In this document: positions 40,381-53,700 of the stretch, piece after piece | Position numbering within the stretch: the stretch's first letter is position 1 | Layout: each line of letters begins with the position of its first letter | DNA from: Octopus vulgaris | Taxonomy: Eukaryota | NCBI GenBank assembly: GCA_951406725.2 | Contig: OX597814.1 | Coordinates: 22,134,001 to 22,198,000, forward strand | Length of the DNA stretch: 64,000 nucleotides | Direction: 5' to 3' | Notes under the pieces: model-generated | Databases searched by the model: none | Told to the model about the DNA's origin: nothing | Seen by the model: the letters and a program-made list of their open reading frames with translations, nothing else | Translations under genes and position numbers: made by a program

Positions 40381-40599
40381 TAGGAATGTCTAAAGTGGTT
40401 GCTAAGCTAATGTGTACATTTTAAGATCTTTCTGTATTCCTTATTGTTACAAGAAATAATTTCTTTATATTGGTAACTATAAACAAGAGCATACATCTAA
40501 AGCACACTCACTATTCCCAGAGCCACATCGTAGCCATTTGATTTACAGCCATATATTTGCTTTGAAAAAGTGAAAAACCTCTCAACACGCACATGGGAA

Positions 40600-41615
40600 T
40601 GTGGTGTGACATACACCAACCCAAAAAACAGACCGCACAAAATTTCCAGGCATTCAATAACGACGCTCCTATGCTGTACAGGGTTATGGAAGGACCATAA
40701 ACATTATGTAGACCTTGTTATGGGGCCCCCTACCAGACCAGTTTGCGGGGTGAATATCTCCAGCAACTATAATCTATCATGCTTCCTCTCGCAGGATTTA
40801 CGACCGCTCAATGAAACGTCCCTAAATGTCTGTGTGAGCAAGGAGGACTACCTCAGTAGAGTCAATAGTGCAACCCCTCTAACGACCTTGCAGGTTGTGT
40901 AGTTGGTCGCATGGATATGGTTTCACACTGCCCATCTATAGACACAGATTTTACTGTGTAGAAATCTATTGAGATTATCTGTGAGAGCGAAGTAGATTTC
41001 CGCGAAGTCAACACAAAGGAACTGGGCCTCCTCCTAAAAACTAACCTATGACCGTAACTACCTAGACAACCATGACCGAAGTAGATTCTACCTTACCAGA
41101 TCAGAAAGGGGGAAGACTACCTGCCATCACCTCGGCAGTGGAGAAAAGCACTACAGTGCACTGAAGTGGCTGGGTCATGCCCACCCAAGACCCTGAGAAC
41201 GACAATCAGGTGAAAAGAATTATTGCGCACGCTATAGGAGCCAGCGTGAAAAATCACCTTAAAGAACCACATAGTGAAGTTTAACAAGAAACTATATAAG
41301 CAGGTCCAAGATGCAGCCATTTGATGTTGGAATGGCTGGGGATGTGGCCGGCCTCTTCATGATCAGGTGGGACAAAAAGCTTCAACAATCTCTAACAATA
41401 TTGCTTTACTGAAGGTATGTAGACGACATTAATACTCTAGTTAGGACAACGCCATGTGACTGTACCGAAGAAATCGAGAGGGGTACAATGGAGAGCATCT
41501 AAAATGTAGCTAACTCCATCCACCAAAGCATCAAGGTAACTATAGATTAGCCCATTAAGTATCTTAGCAATAGATTCCCTGTCTTTGATGCTGAACTTTG
41601 GTTAGAGACTTAACA
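40600..41615 (+). pseudogene. Penelope-like RT remnant
   Basis: GPPTRPVC, GMAGDVAGLFM, RYVDDI and IHQSIKVTID...PVFD segments, with frameshifts and stops. Confidence 0.6.
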
Positions 41616-41634
41616 ACAGAGTGCAGCTCCTCCA

Positions 41635-43197
41635 CTAGTTAATTTTAGTTAATTTTTGTTTATTTTCAGATCATTAAAATTGAATGTCAAGTTAAGAAAA
41701 ACGAGCATTTTCGACACTTTCTTTTTGCTTTTAGTCAAGGTTCGAAGGGTACAAAAGCTGCTCGCGACATTTGTGCTGTGTATGGATAGGGTGCCATAGC
41801 TGAAAGAACCGCTCGTGATTGGTATGCCAAGTTCAAAATTGGAAATTTTGACCTCAAAGACGTACCTCTTTCTGGCCGTCTAGTTGAGATCGATGAAGAG
41901 CGATTAAACCAAATTTTGCACGAAAATTCTCGTCAAACGACAATGGAACTGGCAGAGAAAATGGAATGCTCCTACACTGCTATAGAGAAGCATCTTCACT
42001 CGATGAGAAACGTTCCGAAGTATGGAGCATGTGTTCCGCATGCTTTAAGTGACAACAACAAAAATGAACGAGCCACAATCTCCTCTGGCTTGCTTGCTCG
42101 TCACCGCTCAACTCATGGACACTAGCAACGATTCCTTTACCGAATCGTTACTGGCGACGAAAGATAGTGCCTGTACATCAATATGAAGCAGCGCTAGGAA
42201 TGGCTTAGCCTCGGTAAACAAGCGACACCGCGCGTGTAACAAGATCTTCATCCGTGTAAAACGATGTTGTGCGTATGGTGGGACTGGGGAGGGATTATCC
42301 ATTACGAATTGCTTGAACGGAACCAAACGGTCAACGCGGAACTCTATGTTCAACAGATGGAACGACTTAACACGGCTATTCAAGGGAAAAGACCTAATCG
42401 GCAGCACGGAGTTCTTCTGGTGCATGACAACGCCCGCCCTCATATCGCCAATATGACCAAGGAAGCCATTCAAACGCATGGCTGGGAAGTGCTGCCACAC
42501 CCGCCGTACTCTCCTGGTTTGGCACCAACGGATTTCCACCTCTTTCGGTCTGCTTCAAATGCTATGCGCGGACTTTCGTTCAATACTGATGCAGAATTGA
42601 GAGCTTGGTAGGATTAATTTATCAAGTCGAAATCGGGTGATTTCTACCAACGAGGTATTGAAAATCTTATTGAACGTTGGGAAGAAGTTGTAAACAACAA
42701 GGGTGAATACATTATTGATTAATTAGTTACTCTTACTCTTTTACTCGTTTCAGTCATTTGACTGCGGCCATGCTGGAGCACCGCCTTTAGTCGAGCAAAG
42801 CGACCCCGGGACTTATTCTTTGTAAGCCCAGTACTTATTCTATCGGTCTCTTTTGCCGAACCGCTAAGTGACGGCGACGTAAACACACCAGCATCGGTTG
42901 TCAAGCAATGCTAGGGGGACAAACACAGACACACAAACATACACACATATACATATATATATATACGACAGGCTTCTTTCAGTTTCCGTCCGCCAAATCT
43001 ACTTACAAGGCATTGGTCGGCCCGGGGCTATAGCAGAGACACTTGCCCAAGATGCCACTCAGTGGGACTGAACCCGGAACCATGTGGTTGGTTAGCAAGC
43101 TACTTACCACACAGCCACTCCTGCGTTACTTTTTATTAAACCTTTTAAAAATTAAAAATTAAAGAAACAGTTGGAACTTAGTTGCCAATCTTAATAT
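41635..43197 (+). mobile_element. Decayed mariner (DD34D) transposon interrupted by a family 2 SINE
   Basis: CVPHAL, IVTGDE, HDNARPH and HPPYSPGLAPTD (34-residue spacing). The SINE is flanked by GTTACT at 42726-31 and 43125-30. Confidence 0.9.
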
Positions 43198-43339
43198 ATA
43201 TATATATATATGACACGTCGTTGCCGGGTCATAGTGCTAGTGTATGTATATATGTGTATATATGTGTGTACATATTACATGTACATCTATATATATATAC
43301 ATCTACACATAAAATGCAAAATACAAAGTTATATCTTGA

Positions 43340-43900
43340 TATCGCTAGTGATAACAATGCTCAAAATATATAACGACTGGAATTGTAGGCCCGTCTCTTG
43401 CAATTTCGATCAATTGTATCTTGTCCTCCCTCTTGTATAGAAGTGTGGCTACAATCCAGCCTACCTCTACTTCTGGGGGGACATTTAAAATTTTTATCCG
43501 GAACGTCCTACGTCCCAGATATAAAGGTAAAAATAAAATATTTCCACTTTGCAAGTTCGAATCAAATACTCCCTTGCACGCTCCGTTGACTCGAACCTTA
43601 CTTCTATTGTGGCGAATTTACCGCCTCTGGTTAGATATCTTTCATAGTCGCACCAAGACACTTTTCGACGGTGCTTTCCTCCAGGTGTTCAAATCTTTTT
43701 TTTTCTCTACATTGTATACTTAATAGACAATAGTCTTTTCTTTAATTTAAATTTTCTATTTCATTTGGTGGTGTTATCCTAGATTCACCGTCTTTGTCGG
43801 TGATCAATCCGAAATAGGTTTGTATTTCTTCCATTTTAATTTCAATGAGTTCGCGCCCGCCGACGGCTTCAGCGAAATTCATTTTTGGGCTTTCTTCTAT
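43340..43900 (-). mobile_element. L1/Tx1-like ORF1 remnant (partial duplicate at about 45140-45550)
   Basis: LPLYLGRRTFRIKILNVPPEVEVGWIV resembles the ORF1-like sequence at 62.2-62.8 kb. Confidence 0.5.
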
Positions 43901-44289
43901 CGAAGGCATTCTAACAAAAATGTTTCCGTATAAACAGTGAAAATATTGTCAATTTCCCCAAACAGGGACACAATTCAATTTTTAAACAATAACCAAAGCT
44001 CCTTCTCCCAAAGGGGGAGCGTTACAGTTTACAATTATTTAACAAATGCAACACAACAACTTTTCCCTTACGAGGAACCAACAAACGTGATAACAATAGT
44101 TAAACAGTAATAATAATAACAACAAACCTTACGGTGAATCAAAAAGCAGTACGCAGTTGAAGTTATAGTCCTTTATGTACAAGAAATAAACCAGCAGCAG
44201 AACTCAGTAGAAGCGGCTGTTCGAGAAAACAGACATTACATACAGCCAAACTTCATATAGATACTTAATGCTAGCTAATTAGCAGATAA

Positions 44290-44793
44290 TCTAATGTAAA
44301 AGCCGTGGTAAAGGGTATGTGCACAGCTCCATCTGGACTATTCCATTTCTGCACACTAATTTTATTTTTAATTTATTCCCATTCATGTGAAACCACTTAT
44401 TCAAGTTCAAGTCATTGATGCAATTTTATACCAATTGCTATTTTTACTTTTGTTATGTTACGATTATATTATACTTTAGTTTGATTTTAATTATTACTTA
44501 CTACATATAATTCAATTGTTATTATTATTCTTATTGTTAAAGTGAAAGTATCTGACATAAAATAGAGAAATGTTTTTGTTTCAGTTTTAACACGTAATAC
44601 TGAAATAGTGGAGACGATATGATATTGCTATGGGCTCGCTCTAGGCAAGAAGTTGAACAATTGTTTTGCCCATGAAACTACATGGACCCTAAGTAAGGCA
44701 TGTGTAAAATTTGAATGAAATTGGTTGTGTAGTTCTCAAGTTTTAGGGAAACACACAGACAGACAGACAGACACACATTCCCAGTTTTATATA

Positions 44794-44800
<7 letters not shown>
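44290..44800 (-). mobile_element. Non-autonomous Helitron-like element (duplicate at about 45553-46010)
   Basis: Minus 5' end tatatataaaactgggaatgtgtgtctgtctgtc...aaccaatttcattcaaattttacac, similar in style to the 23977 Helitron 5' end. Confidence 0.55.
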
Positions 44801-44829
<29 letters not shown>

Positions 44830-44933
44830 TGTATGTATGTATGTATGTATGTATGTATATATATATGTCCGTGTTTATTGTATCGTTTTCTTGAGTTATA
44901 CGTTCTTGTCCATGTTGTATTTTTCTACATACC

Positions 44934-44994
<61 letters not shown>

Positions 44995-46003
44995 ATATAT
45001 ATATATATATTTTTTTTACTAGCATTATTTTACTAGCAATATAGTGCTAGTGCATTTATATATGTGTATATCTATGTGTACATCTATATATATACATCTA
45101 CACATAAAATACAAAATACAAAGTTACGTCTTGATATCGCTAGTAATAACAATACTCAAAATATATAACAGACTGGAATTGTAGGCCCGTCTCTTGCAAT
45201 TTCGATCAATTGTATCTTGTCCTCCTTCTTTTATAGAAGTGTGGCTACAATCCAGCCTACCTCTACTTCTGGGGGGGCATTTAAAATTTTTATCCGAGAC
45301 GTCCTACGTCACAGATATAAAGGTAAAAATAAAATATTTCCACTTTGTAAGGTTCGAGTCGAGTACTCCCTTGCACACTCCGTTGACTCGAATCTTGCTT
45401 CTATTGTGGCGAATTTACCGCCTCTGGTTAGATACTTGATATCTTTCATAGTCGCACCAAGACACTTTCCGATGGTGCTTTCGTTCAGGTGTTCAAATCT
45501 TTTTTTCCCTACATTGTATACTTTATAGACAATTGTCTTTTCTTTAATTTAATGGACTATTCCATTTCTGTGCATTAATTTCATTTTTAATTTATTCCCA
45601 TTCATGTGAAACCACTTATTCAAGTTCAAGTCATTGATGCAATTTTATACCAATTGCTACTTTTACTTTTGTTATTTTACGATTATATTATACTTTAGTT
45701 TGATTTTAATTATTATTTACTGCATATAATTCAATTATTATTATTATTTTTATTGTTTAAGTGAAAGTATCTGACATAAAATAGAGAAATGTTTTTGTTT
45801 CAGTTTTAACACGTAATACTGAAATAGTGGAGAAGATATGATATTGCTATGGGCTCGCCCTAGGCAAAAGTTGAACTTTTTCGCCGATGACACTCCCCGG
45901 ACCCTAAGTAAGGCATGTGTAAAATTTGAATGAAATTGGTTGTGTAGTTCTCAAGTTTTAGGGAAACACACAGACAGACAGATAGACAGGCACACATTCT
46001 CAG

Positions 46004-46044
<41 letters not shown>

Positions 46045-46309
46045 TTATGCTTTATTAAAAAGCAGCAGAATTATCACAGAAACTGTTACTCAGAGTTTCA
46101 CGTTCCCGTTCGTCCGACAATAAAACTCATGGATAGAGGCGGGAGGATAAGGAGAAAAAAAAAGAAAGAAAGCTGACCAACCGTTACTAATTACCATAAT
46201 ATTAATAGAGGAAGACTTTGAAGGATAACGGTATAAGGGTTAATGGGGCAGGGCTCTAAACTGTGACTAGAAATCATTGTATGGGAATAGAACGAACATA
46301 ATACACAGA

Positions 46310-46343
<34 letters not shown>

Positions 46344-46798
46344 ACAATTTAAAGGAAAAATTCAGGGGAATAATTAATTACAAGGTAGCTAAATGTTGCT
46401 TAAGTGTCGCATGATGTAAGTCCAGGATATTCATAGTACCCTCATTTCTAAGCGTAGACAAATTATTGTTGCTAAATTTACAATTTACAAGCAAATCCTT
46501 ATTTAAAGGGTTCCAAGGATCTTTGATATTTACATCATTAAGATTATTAAAGTTGTTATTAAGGGATAAATTAATATTACTACTATTATTATTATTGATC
46601 TCAGCTGGGTCTAATTGTCTTCATGCACTGCGGTAATATTATCTGGCTGGTCTTTATGTTCCAAGTTTGATATTTACATAATATTGTTGCTGTGTATGTA
46701 TATTATCCCGAGGTGTATAATATGCCTCAATTTAAGTACCTAATTCAACTGAATCTTACTTATACATACATACACACTCCCACACACACACGCGCACA

Positions 46799-46851
<53 letters not shown>

Positions 46852-47299
46852 CAAAATAAGCAACAGGATATCCAGACGTGATTCAGTACCATTTAATTGA
46901 ACAATGCAATCATTACATCAATTTAAATGCAGGGCTATCCTCAGCTGGATAAATAAATAAATAGAATTTTTAATCAGTCGGACACATTAATATAATTCGA
47001 AATGCTCTAATAGAATAAGAAGACAGACAAAGACCATGCTGCCACCACTCCAGCTTAGAATTTAACAGACATTGGGAAAAAATTGGTTGGGGTCATAGCT
47101 TGTAACGGATTTTGGTTCAGTTTTAACTTATTAGTCTTGTTTATCAATTACTAAATCTAAGATTAGAGGATTGTGTTTGTTAGGAAAGGGTAGAACAGAG
47201 TTGACAGAACATAGTGGGTATGGTCATAAAACTTGTCAAGATTATTTTGAAGTAGAATAAAGTAGCTGACTATAAGGATGTTGGGTAGTGGAAGACCTC

Positions 47300-47712
47300 A
47301 AATCAAGATGTTTATTACCAGTTAAATGGGCAAGACGCTAATAAAACCAATGATAATAATACAGAGGAAATTTTATCATGGGGTACTATAGGTGATTGAT
47401 TTTCAACAATATTGTTATGTTGTGTAAAGATAAAATTTAGGATTATCAAGAAAGATATTATAACCAAAAAGATAAATTTTGTTTATATACCAATATTTTC
47501 AACAATAGAGAGAAAAATTACATAGAATTTGTTTATGTTTGAGTCTAAAAGAGGAAAAATGGCTATAAATACGTTTTTTCCCATATAAACAGAACATCCT
47601 ATATATAAAGTTACCAGTTATAGTTAAGATTGTACATTTATAAATTACGTTTTGGGTTAGATACCGGCCTAATAACGGACAGTGGGACATAACTCTACAA
47701 TTGCAACTAGGA
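47300..47712 (-). pseudogene. Penelope-like GIY-YIG endonuclease remnant
   Basis: SCNCRVMSHCPLLGRYLTQNVIYKCTI...IYSHFSSFR matches the CNC-x4-CPL-x-G-x-CL-x3-VVY...H..SF pattern of PLE endonucleases. Confidence 0.7.
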
Positions 47713-47748
47713 GAATTACTGCTATAAATATTATTGATATATATATAT

Positions 47749-47793
<45 letters not shown>

Positions 47794-48413
47794 AAATGTC
47801 ACTATAAACAAGTAATTATCTCAATCTTTGGTCGTGGGCTGTATATTCAGCAAAACCGATTAATACCTATTCATCAAAATTCTTCTAAATTACCGTTTAA
47901 CGCAGCCAAGGTAAAAAAAACGTGATGAAATGATGTGGTTAATGTTATACGTTCGGCATCTGTAAAGTAATTTGCTGATAGAGTTAGTTGCTTTAGTATT
48001 TTTTTTTCATTTTATGCATTTGCATGGAACAGTGTCAACAGTTTAATATTTCGGAATTAGTTATAAACTTCAAAGAAAGATTGTAATATATATATTTCAA
48101 GGAAAGAGATATCTACTATGTGGGCTTCTATTGTGCTTAAATGGGATTATTTACTGTCAACGCAGTGAGCTAACAAAGCAAATCAATTTTATCCAATGGG
48201 TATTGATTAGATTTGATTAGATAAAGAACGAGACCTATTTTTTGCAGGATAGTTGGAGCAAATGTAGTCACAACACTTATGACAGATTTGAATTTATGAC
48301 ACGTAAGTTAAGCATATAACTTCCTTCATTACTTTTTGCAGTGAACTGGTGATATTGACAGTGATATGATCAGAAGGAAATTATGTTAGCGACAGCACGT
48401 TGCGATATACACA

Positions 48414-48460
<47 letters not shown>

Positions 48461-48619
48461 CGTTTTTGTATTTGGTTTCCAAGATTATTTATGTGAGTTC
48501 GTGTGTTGAAGCATATTCTGTTGCGTCTTGCATTAAAAAAGGAATAAGTGGAAATTTTACCGGTGAGTGTGGTAGATTATAAAGCACAAAAAGAGAATGA
48601 TTGTCCCCAGACACAACAG

Positions 48620-48697
<78 letters not shown>

Positions 48698-48801
48698 AAT
48701 CTTTGGTCGTGGGCTGTATATTCAGCAAAACCGATTAATACCTATTCATCAAAATTCTTCGAAGGAAATTATGTTAGCGACAGCACGTTGCGATATACAC
48801 A

Positions 48802-48854
<53 letters not shown>

Positions 48855-48942
48855 CGTTTTTGTATTTGGTTTCCAAGATTATTTATGTGAGTTCGTGTGT
48901 TGAAGCATATTCTGTTGCGTCTTGCATATATATATATATAGG

Positions 48943-48973
<31 letters not shown>

Positions 48974-49410
48974 CGTGATCACCGTGAACGATCAGGCTAC
49001 AAATCGCTGGTCACAATGCGCTTCGCATTGTTTTAGCCTTCAAATGACACCACCTTGCTGGCTACGCGAGCAGGCCAATATATATATACATTCAGTTAGA
49101 CAGAGAAGGGGAAAATAGTGGCTTCGCGCTATTTAAACCAAGACCACTGTTATCAAATGGGAGCGCCAGAGCATAGAGCCACAGGAAAATAGTGGCGGAT
49201 GAAGGCGAGGACAGGACAAAATAACGTTATACATTACAGAAAGTGACTTACAGCTGTGCAATAAGCAAAGGCAATAACTATACGTATAGAGTGCTAAAAC
49301 GATACAGAACAAACAGAAAATGCCTTACGGCTGTACAATATTCTGAAGCAATAACAATACGTATAGAGTACGAAAACGATACAATACAAAACAGAATAAT
49401 GCCTTTTCAG

Positions 49411-49569
<159 letters not shown>

Positions 49570-49801
49570 TATATATATATATGTATATATATGTGTATAT
49601 ACAAGAAAAAAGCATCAAGAATGGATTAGTTTTTCAGTACTGAAAAACTAATCCATTCTTGTTGCTTTTTTCTTGTTTATAATCACACCACATTATTGTA
49701 TGGTTAATACCATATAGTGTTCTGGTGCATCTAAGTTAAGTACCGCATTCAAGTGAATTCAATAGAACTCACTTGAATCTTAATTGCTTTTACTGAATAT
49801 A

Positions 49802-49854
<53 letters not shown>

Positions 49855-50057
49855 GACGTATTTTTGCCATTTCAATATGGCTAACCCCTAAGGGTGGATG
49901 CTACTTGAAATGGCAAAAATACGTCACGTTGTGTTACCGCTACTGTATATAACTCACATTGATATTTATCATTGTTTGATTTCACTTTTTCAATATCAGC
50001 GACAATGGACGCTGGAAAAAGTATAAGTATTTGTGAAGGAAATCTAATTCTCGGCGA

Positions 50058-50127
50058 CAACTATGATTGTCACACGCTGACGAGAGGTCAATACCTCGAA
50101 ACTCGAGTCCGTGTGTATCATAAGTTG
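50058..50127 (+). ncRNA. Intact type I hammerhead ribozyme, copy 1
   Basis: CACACG-CTGACGA(50077-83)-GAGG-TCAATA-CCTC-GAAAC-TCGA-GTC|CGTGTG. Stem I extends by CAACT-ATGAT / ATCAT-A-AGTTG. Confidence 0.9.
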
Positions 50128-50410
50128 AAGACGGGAAGGATGACTTCCCTTTGCAAATACTGACAGGACACAGAAAGTGTGTCTATGGCCAGCTGGAGGA
50201 GTGTGTCCTCCTGGGGCTAAAAACTACAGTAGCATCCACCCTTAGGGGTTAGCCATATTGAAATGGCAAAAATACGTCACGTTGTGTTACCGCTACTGTA
50301 TATAACTCACATTGATATTTATCATTGTTTGATTTCACTTTTTCAATATCAGCGACAATGGACGCTGGAAAAAGTATAAGTATTTGTGAAGGAAATCTAA
50401 TTCTCGGCGA

Positions 50411-50480
50411 CAACTATGATTGTCACACGCTGACGAGAGGTCAATACCTCGAAACTCGAGTCCGTGTGTATCATAAGTTG
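50411..50480 (+). ncRNA. Intact type I hammerhead ribozyme, copy 2
   Basis: Same sequence shifted by 353 bp; predicted cleavage after 50462. Confidence 0.9.
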
Positions 50481-50676
50481 AAGACGGGAAGGATGACTTC
50501 CCTTTGCAAATACTGACAGGACACAGAAAGTGTGTCTATGGCCAGCTGGAGGAGTGTGTCCTCCTGGGGCTAAAAACTACAGTAGCATCCACCCTTAGGG
50601 GTTAGCCATATTGAAATGGCAAAAATACGTCACGTTGTGTTACCGCTACTGTATATAACTCACATTGATATTTATC

Positions 50677-50718
<42 letters not shown>

Positions 50719-53700
50719 AAGAGTGTGAGAGAGAGAGAGAGTTTACAATGAATATATGTGTGTGAGGTAACACACACACACATACATGGAGACAGACAAG
50801 CAGATAGACAGGTAGATAGATGTGCACAATAAAGTAGGAAAAGTTTACCACGTATTATTGAAAAAACTATTCCCAAAGGCGAACGGGCAGAATCATTAGC
50901 ACGCCGGATCAAAGGCTTAACAGCATTACTTCCGGCTTTATGTTCTGTGTCCTAATTCCCTTGAGGTCAATTTTCATCCTTTTGAAGATCGATGAAATAA
51001 GTTCCAGTCAATCGCTGGAGTGATGTAATCGACTAGCTCCTGTCTCACAATACTACAGCACTTTGTAAACTCATAAAGCCTTCAATATTATTGTAAACTC
51101 ATAAAGCCTTCAATAATTTCTGAATTCAGTAATGTTATCAATAGAACAGATGATTTTTCGTCTCTTGATTACATCACTATTTTTCTCACACAAATGAAAT
51201 TCGTAGAAGTTCTGGTGTCGATTTATCAGCTAAACTACTGAGCATAAATTTAAATATATTTCAAAGAGATATGTTAACACATGTGTGATGAATATGATGT
51301 TTTTATATCTGAGCTGATGGTTTATGTCTGCATCTTCACAAGGAAGCCGACTAGAGGTCCTCTATACGCTTACTCAACAAGCTAGAAATAGCAAATAAAT
51401 CTCTCACAAATCAATCTTTAAAATCTTTGATAAAAAACAAAAAAAAAAACAACATGTGGGAACTCAATCGAAATAATGTATTCTGAGATTAAATTATACT
51501 GAAAGTAAGGGACGAGTTGCTCATACCCACAATGACTTTCATCATAGGTTCGTCTGGGGAGAGTCATTTTCTTTTTGTGCCTTATAATGTAAGACACTCA
51601 CCGGTAAAATTTCCACCACTATCACAAATAAGATGAACAACAATATCGGGCATTCATATCAACTGCAGAGAAATGAACGGCAAAATCAATAGTAGTCAGA
51701 TCTGCAAAGTAAAACTAAATGCACAAAGTATTTCGGCCGAACGCTGACCCGTTACTCCAATCCACAACTCTATTCTATAGACAGATAATCTATTCTTCTA
51801 ACTATAGGCACAAAGTGCTGTAGTATTGTGAGACAGGAGCTAGTCGATTACATCACCTCAGCGATTGACTGGAACTTATTTCAGCGATCTTCAAAAGGAT
51901 GAAAATTGACCTCAAGGGAATTAGGACACAGAACATAAAGCCGGAAGCAATGCTGCTAAGCCTTTGGTCCGGCGTGCTAACGATTCTGCCCGTTCGCCTT
52001 TTTTTTAAGTAAATGAATAATAAGAACTGTTGTGTCTGGGGAGAGTCATTTTCTTTTTGTGCCTTATAATGTAACACACTCACCGGTAAAATTTCCATTT
52101 ATTTCTTATTTTTATTTTCCTAAAATTTTCGTTGCGTCTTGCAACCTTTTCAATAGTGAGTGTGTTACATTATAAGGCACAAAAAGAAAATGACTCTCCC
52201 CAGACACAACAGAATATGCTTCAACACACAAACTCATATAAAGAATCTTGCAAACCAAATCCAAAAACAAAATAATAAGAACGGAAATGCAGTAGTAGTA
52301 ATGAGGAGGTAAAGTCTAGTGGAGAAACAAAATATATAGAAAGTCTTGAAGAAAAACATTACGACAAATGTATTTTGTATTTCCAGTTATTTGTAAATCA
52401 CTGATCATTGTACAATTCATTTCAAATTAATCCACTGTATGCCATTTATTGGGGAATGAGTTTGACATTTTATCATAATTACGTGCCTTACATTGAGAAA
52501 CCCCGTAATCTAACGCTCCTAAACATCCACCGAGCTATATTACATGTAATTATCGTAATCTCCCACCAACTCCACACACACACACAGAAAAAAAATCCAC
52601 CTTCAGAGATTTGTGGTGCTTTACCAGGAAAGGGAAGTATTAACCTACGGTTGAAACTGACCCAGATGATGAGTTCGACTTGCATTTTAGTAGGTCAACC
52701 TAGAGCCGGAGACGTATGTAGGCTATGGAATATATTAGCGTTTGTTGTAGAATATATTACTTCAACTGGTTCATACTGTAAAGTGACCTCTAGAATCATT
52801 CTTATTATGCTTTTATTGCTTTCTGATTTACAAGAAATTGGATAAGTGTTTAATTCTAGTTCCTGTCGCTTTAAGCTGATTGCAGACACATTTATCTGCA
52901 TAAAACATTGCTCTATCACAAGTAATTTTATTCCTGTGGCAGGAATGACACCGGCATTGCAAGTCAGCGATTCACTTGTCATTCTTTACCACCACCGTTG
53001 TTTGCACCAGTAAATTATATAAATTACGGTATATATAAGAGATACGTGCAGCCTACTGTTGAAAGCTTTATTAACCAGGGGCACATACAGCACCATTAAA
53101 AAATGTAATCATCGACCACTTGTTCAATAATCCATCGGATTGGGGACACACACACACACACACACATACACGGAACAACATACACACATAAGCACACACA
53201 CACACAGCAACACATACACATAAGTACACACACATACATACTCTCTCTCTTTCTCTCTCTCTCTTTCTCTCTCTGTCTCTTTCTCTCTCCCCCTCTCTTT
53301 TTGTTGGCTAAAGCTTTTTGCAATTTGTCATGGGCATTTTATCTTTAAAAATGCGTAGAAATTAACGTAACAGAACTTACTAATTATTTTAAAATGTATT
53401 TTTTTATGAAAATTAGAATTATCTTTCTTTCTGAGGGCAAAGACTCAGCACACCGAGTTATTGCATAACTTTGCAGAGGTCAGTAAACCCCACTGGTAAA
53501 CCCCGCTAATTTACGTATAATATATGTTGCATCATCAATGACAAATTATCATTATTTCTTAATATCTTTAAGAGTCTTTGCCTAAAGTCAACATTTACTG
53601 TGAGACACATAAAGTAGCAATCAACCAGCGTGGTCAATCTACCTGTCCAATTGGTTCTTATGCGTTTGGGATTTTTCTGGAGTTTTCGGCCTCAATTGCT

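Larger units (their letters stand above)
49852..50679 (+). mobile_element. Retrozyme-like element: about 2.2 tandem 353-bp units plus a ~54-bp inverted 5' segment, within (TA)n
   Basis: Identical ORFs at 49972 and 50325 give the 353-bp period. 49852-49905 is the reverse complement of the unit junction. Confidence 0.85.

Noticed and set aside
49972-50163. Duplicated 63-aa ORF
   Set aside because: It has a TTG start, no recognisable motif, and is a by-product of the structured 353-bp repeat.
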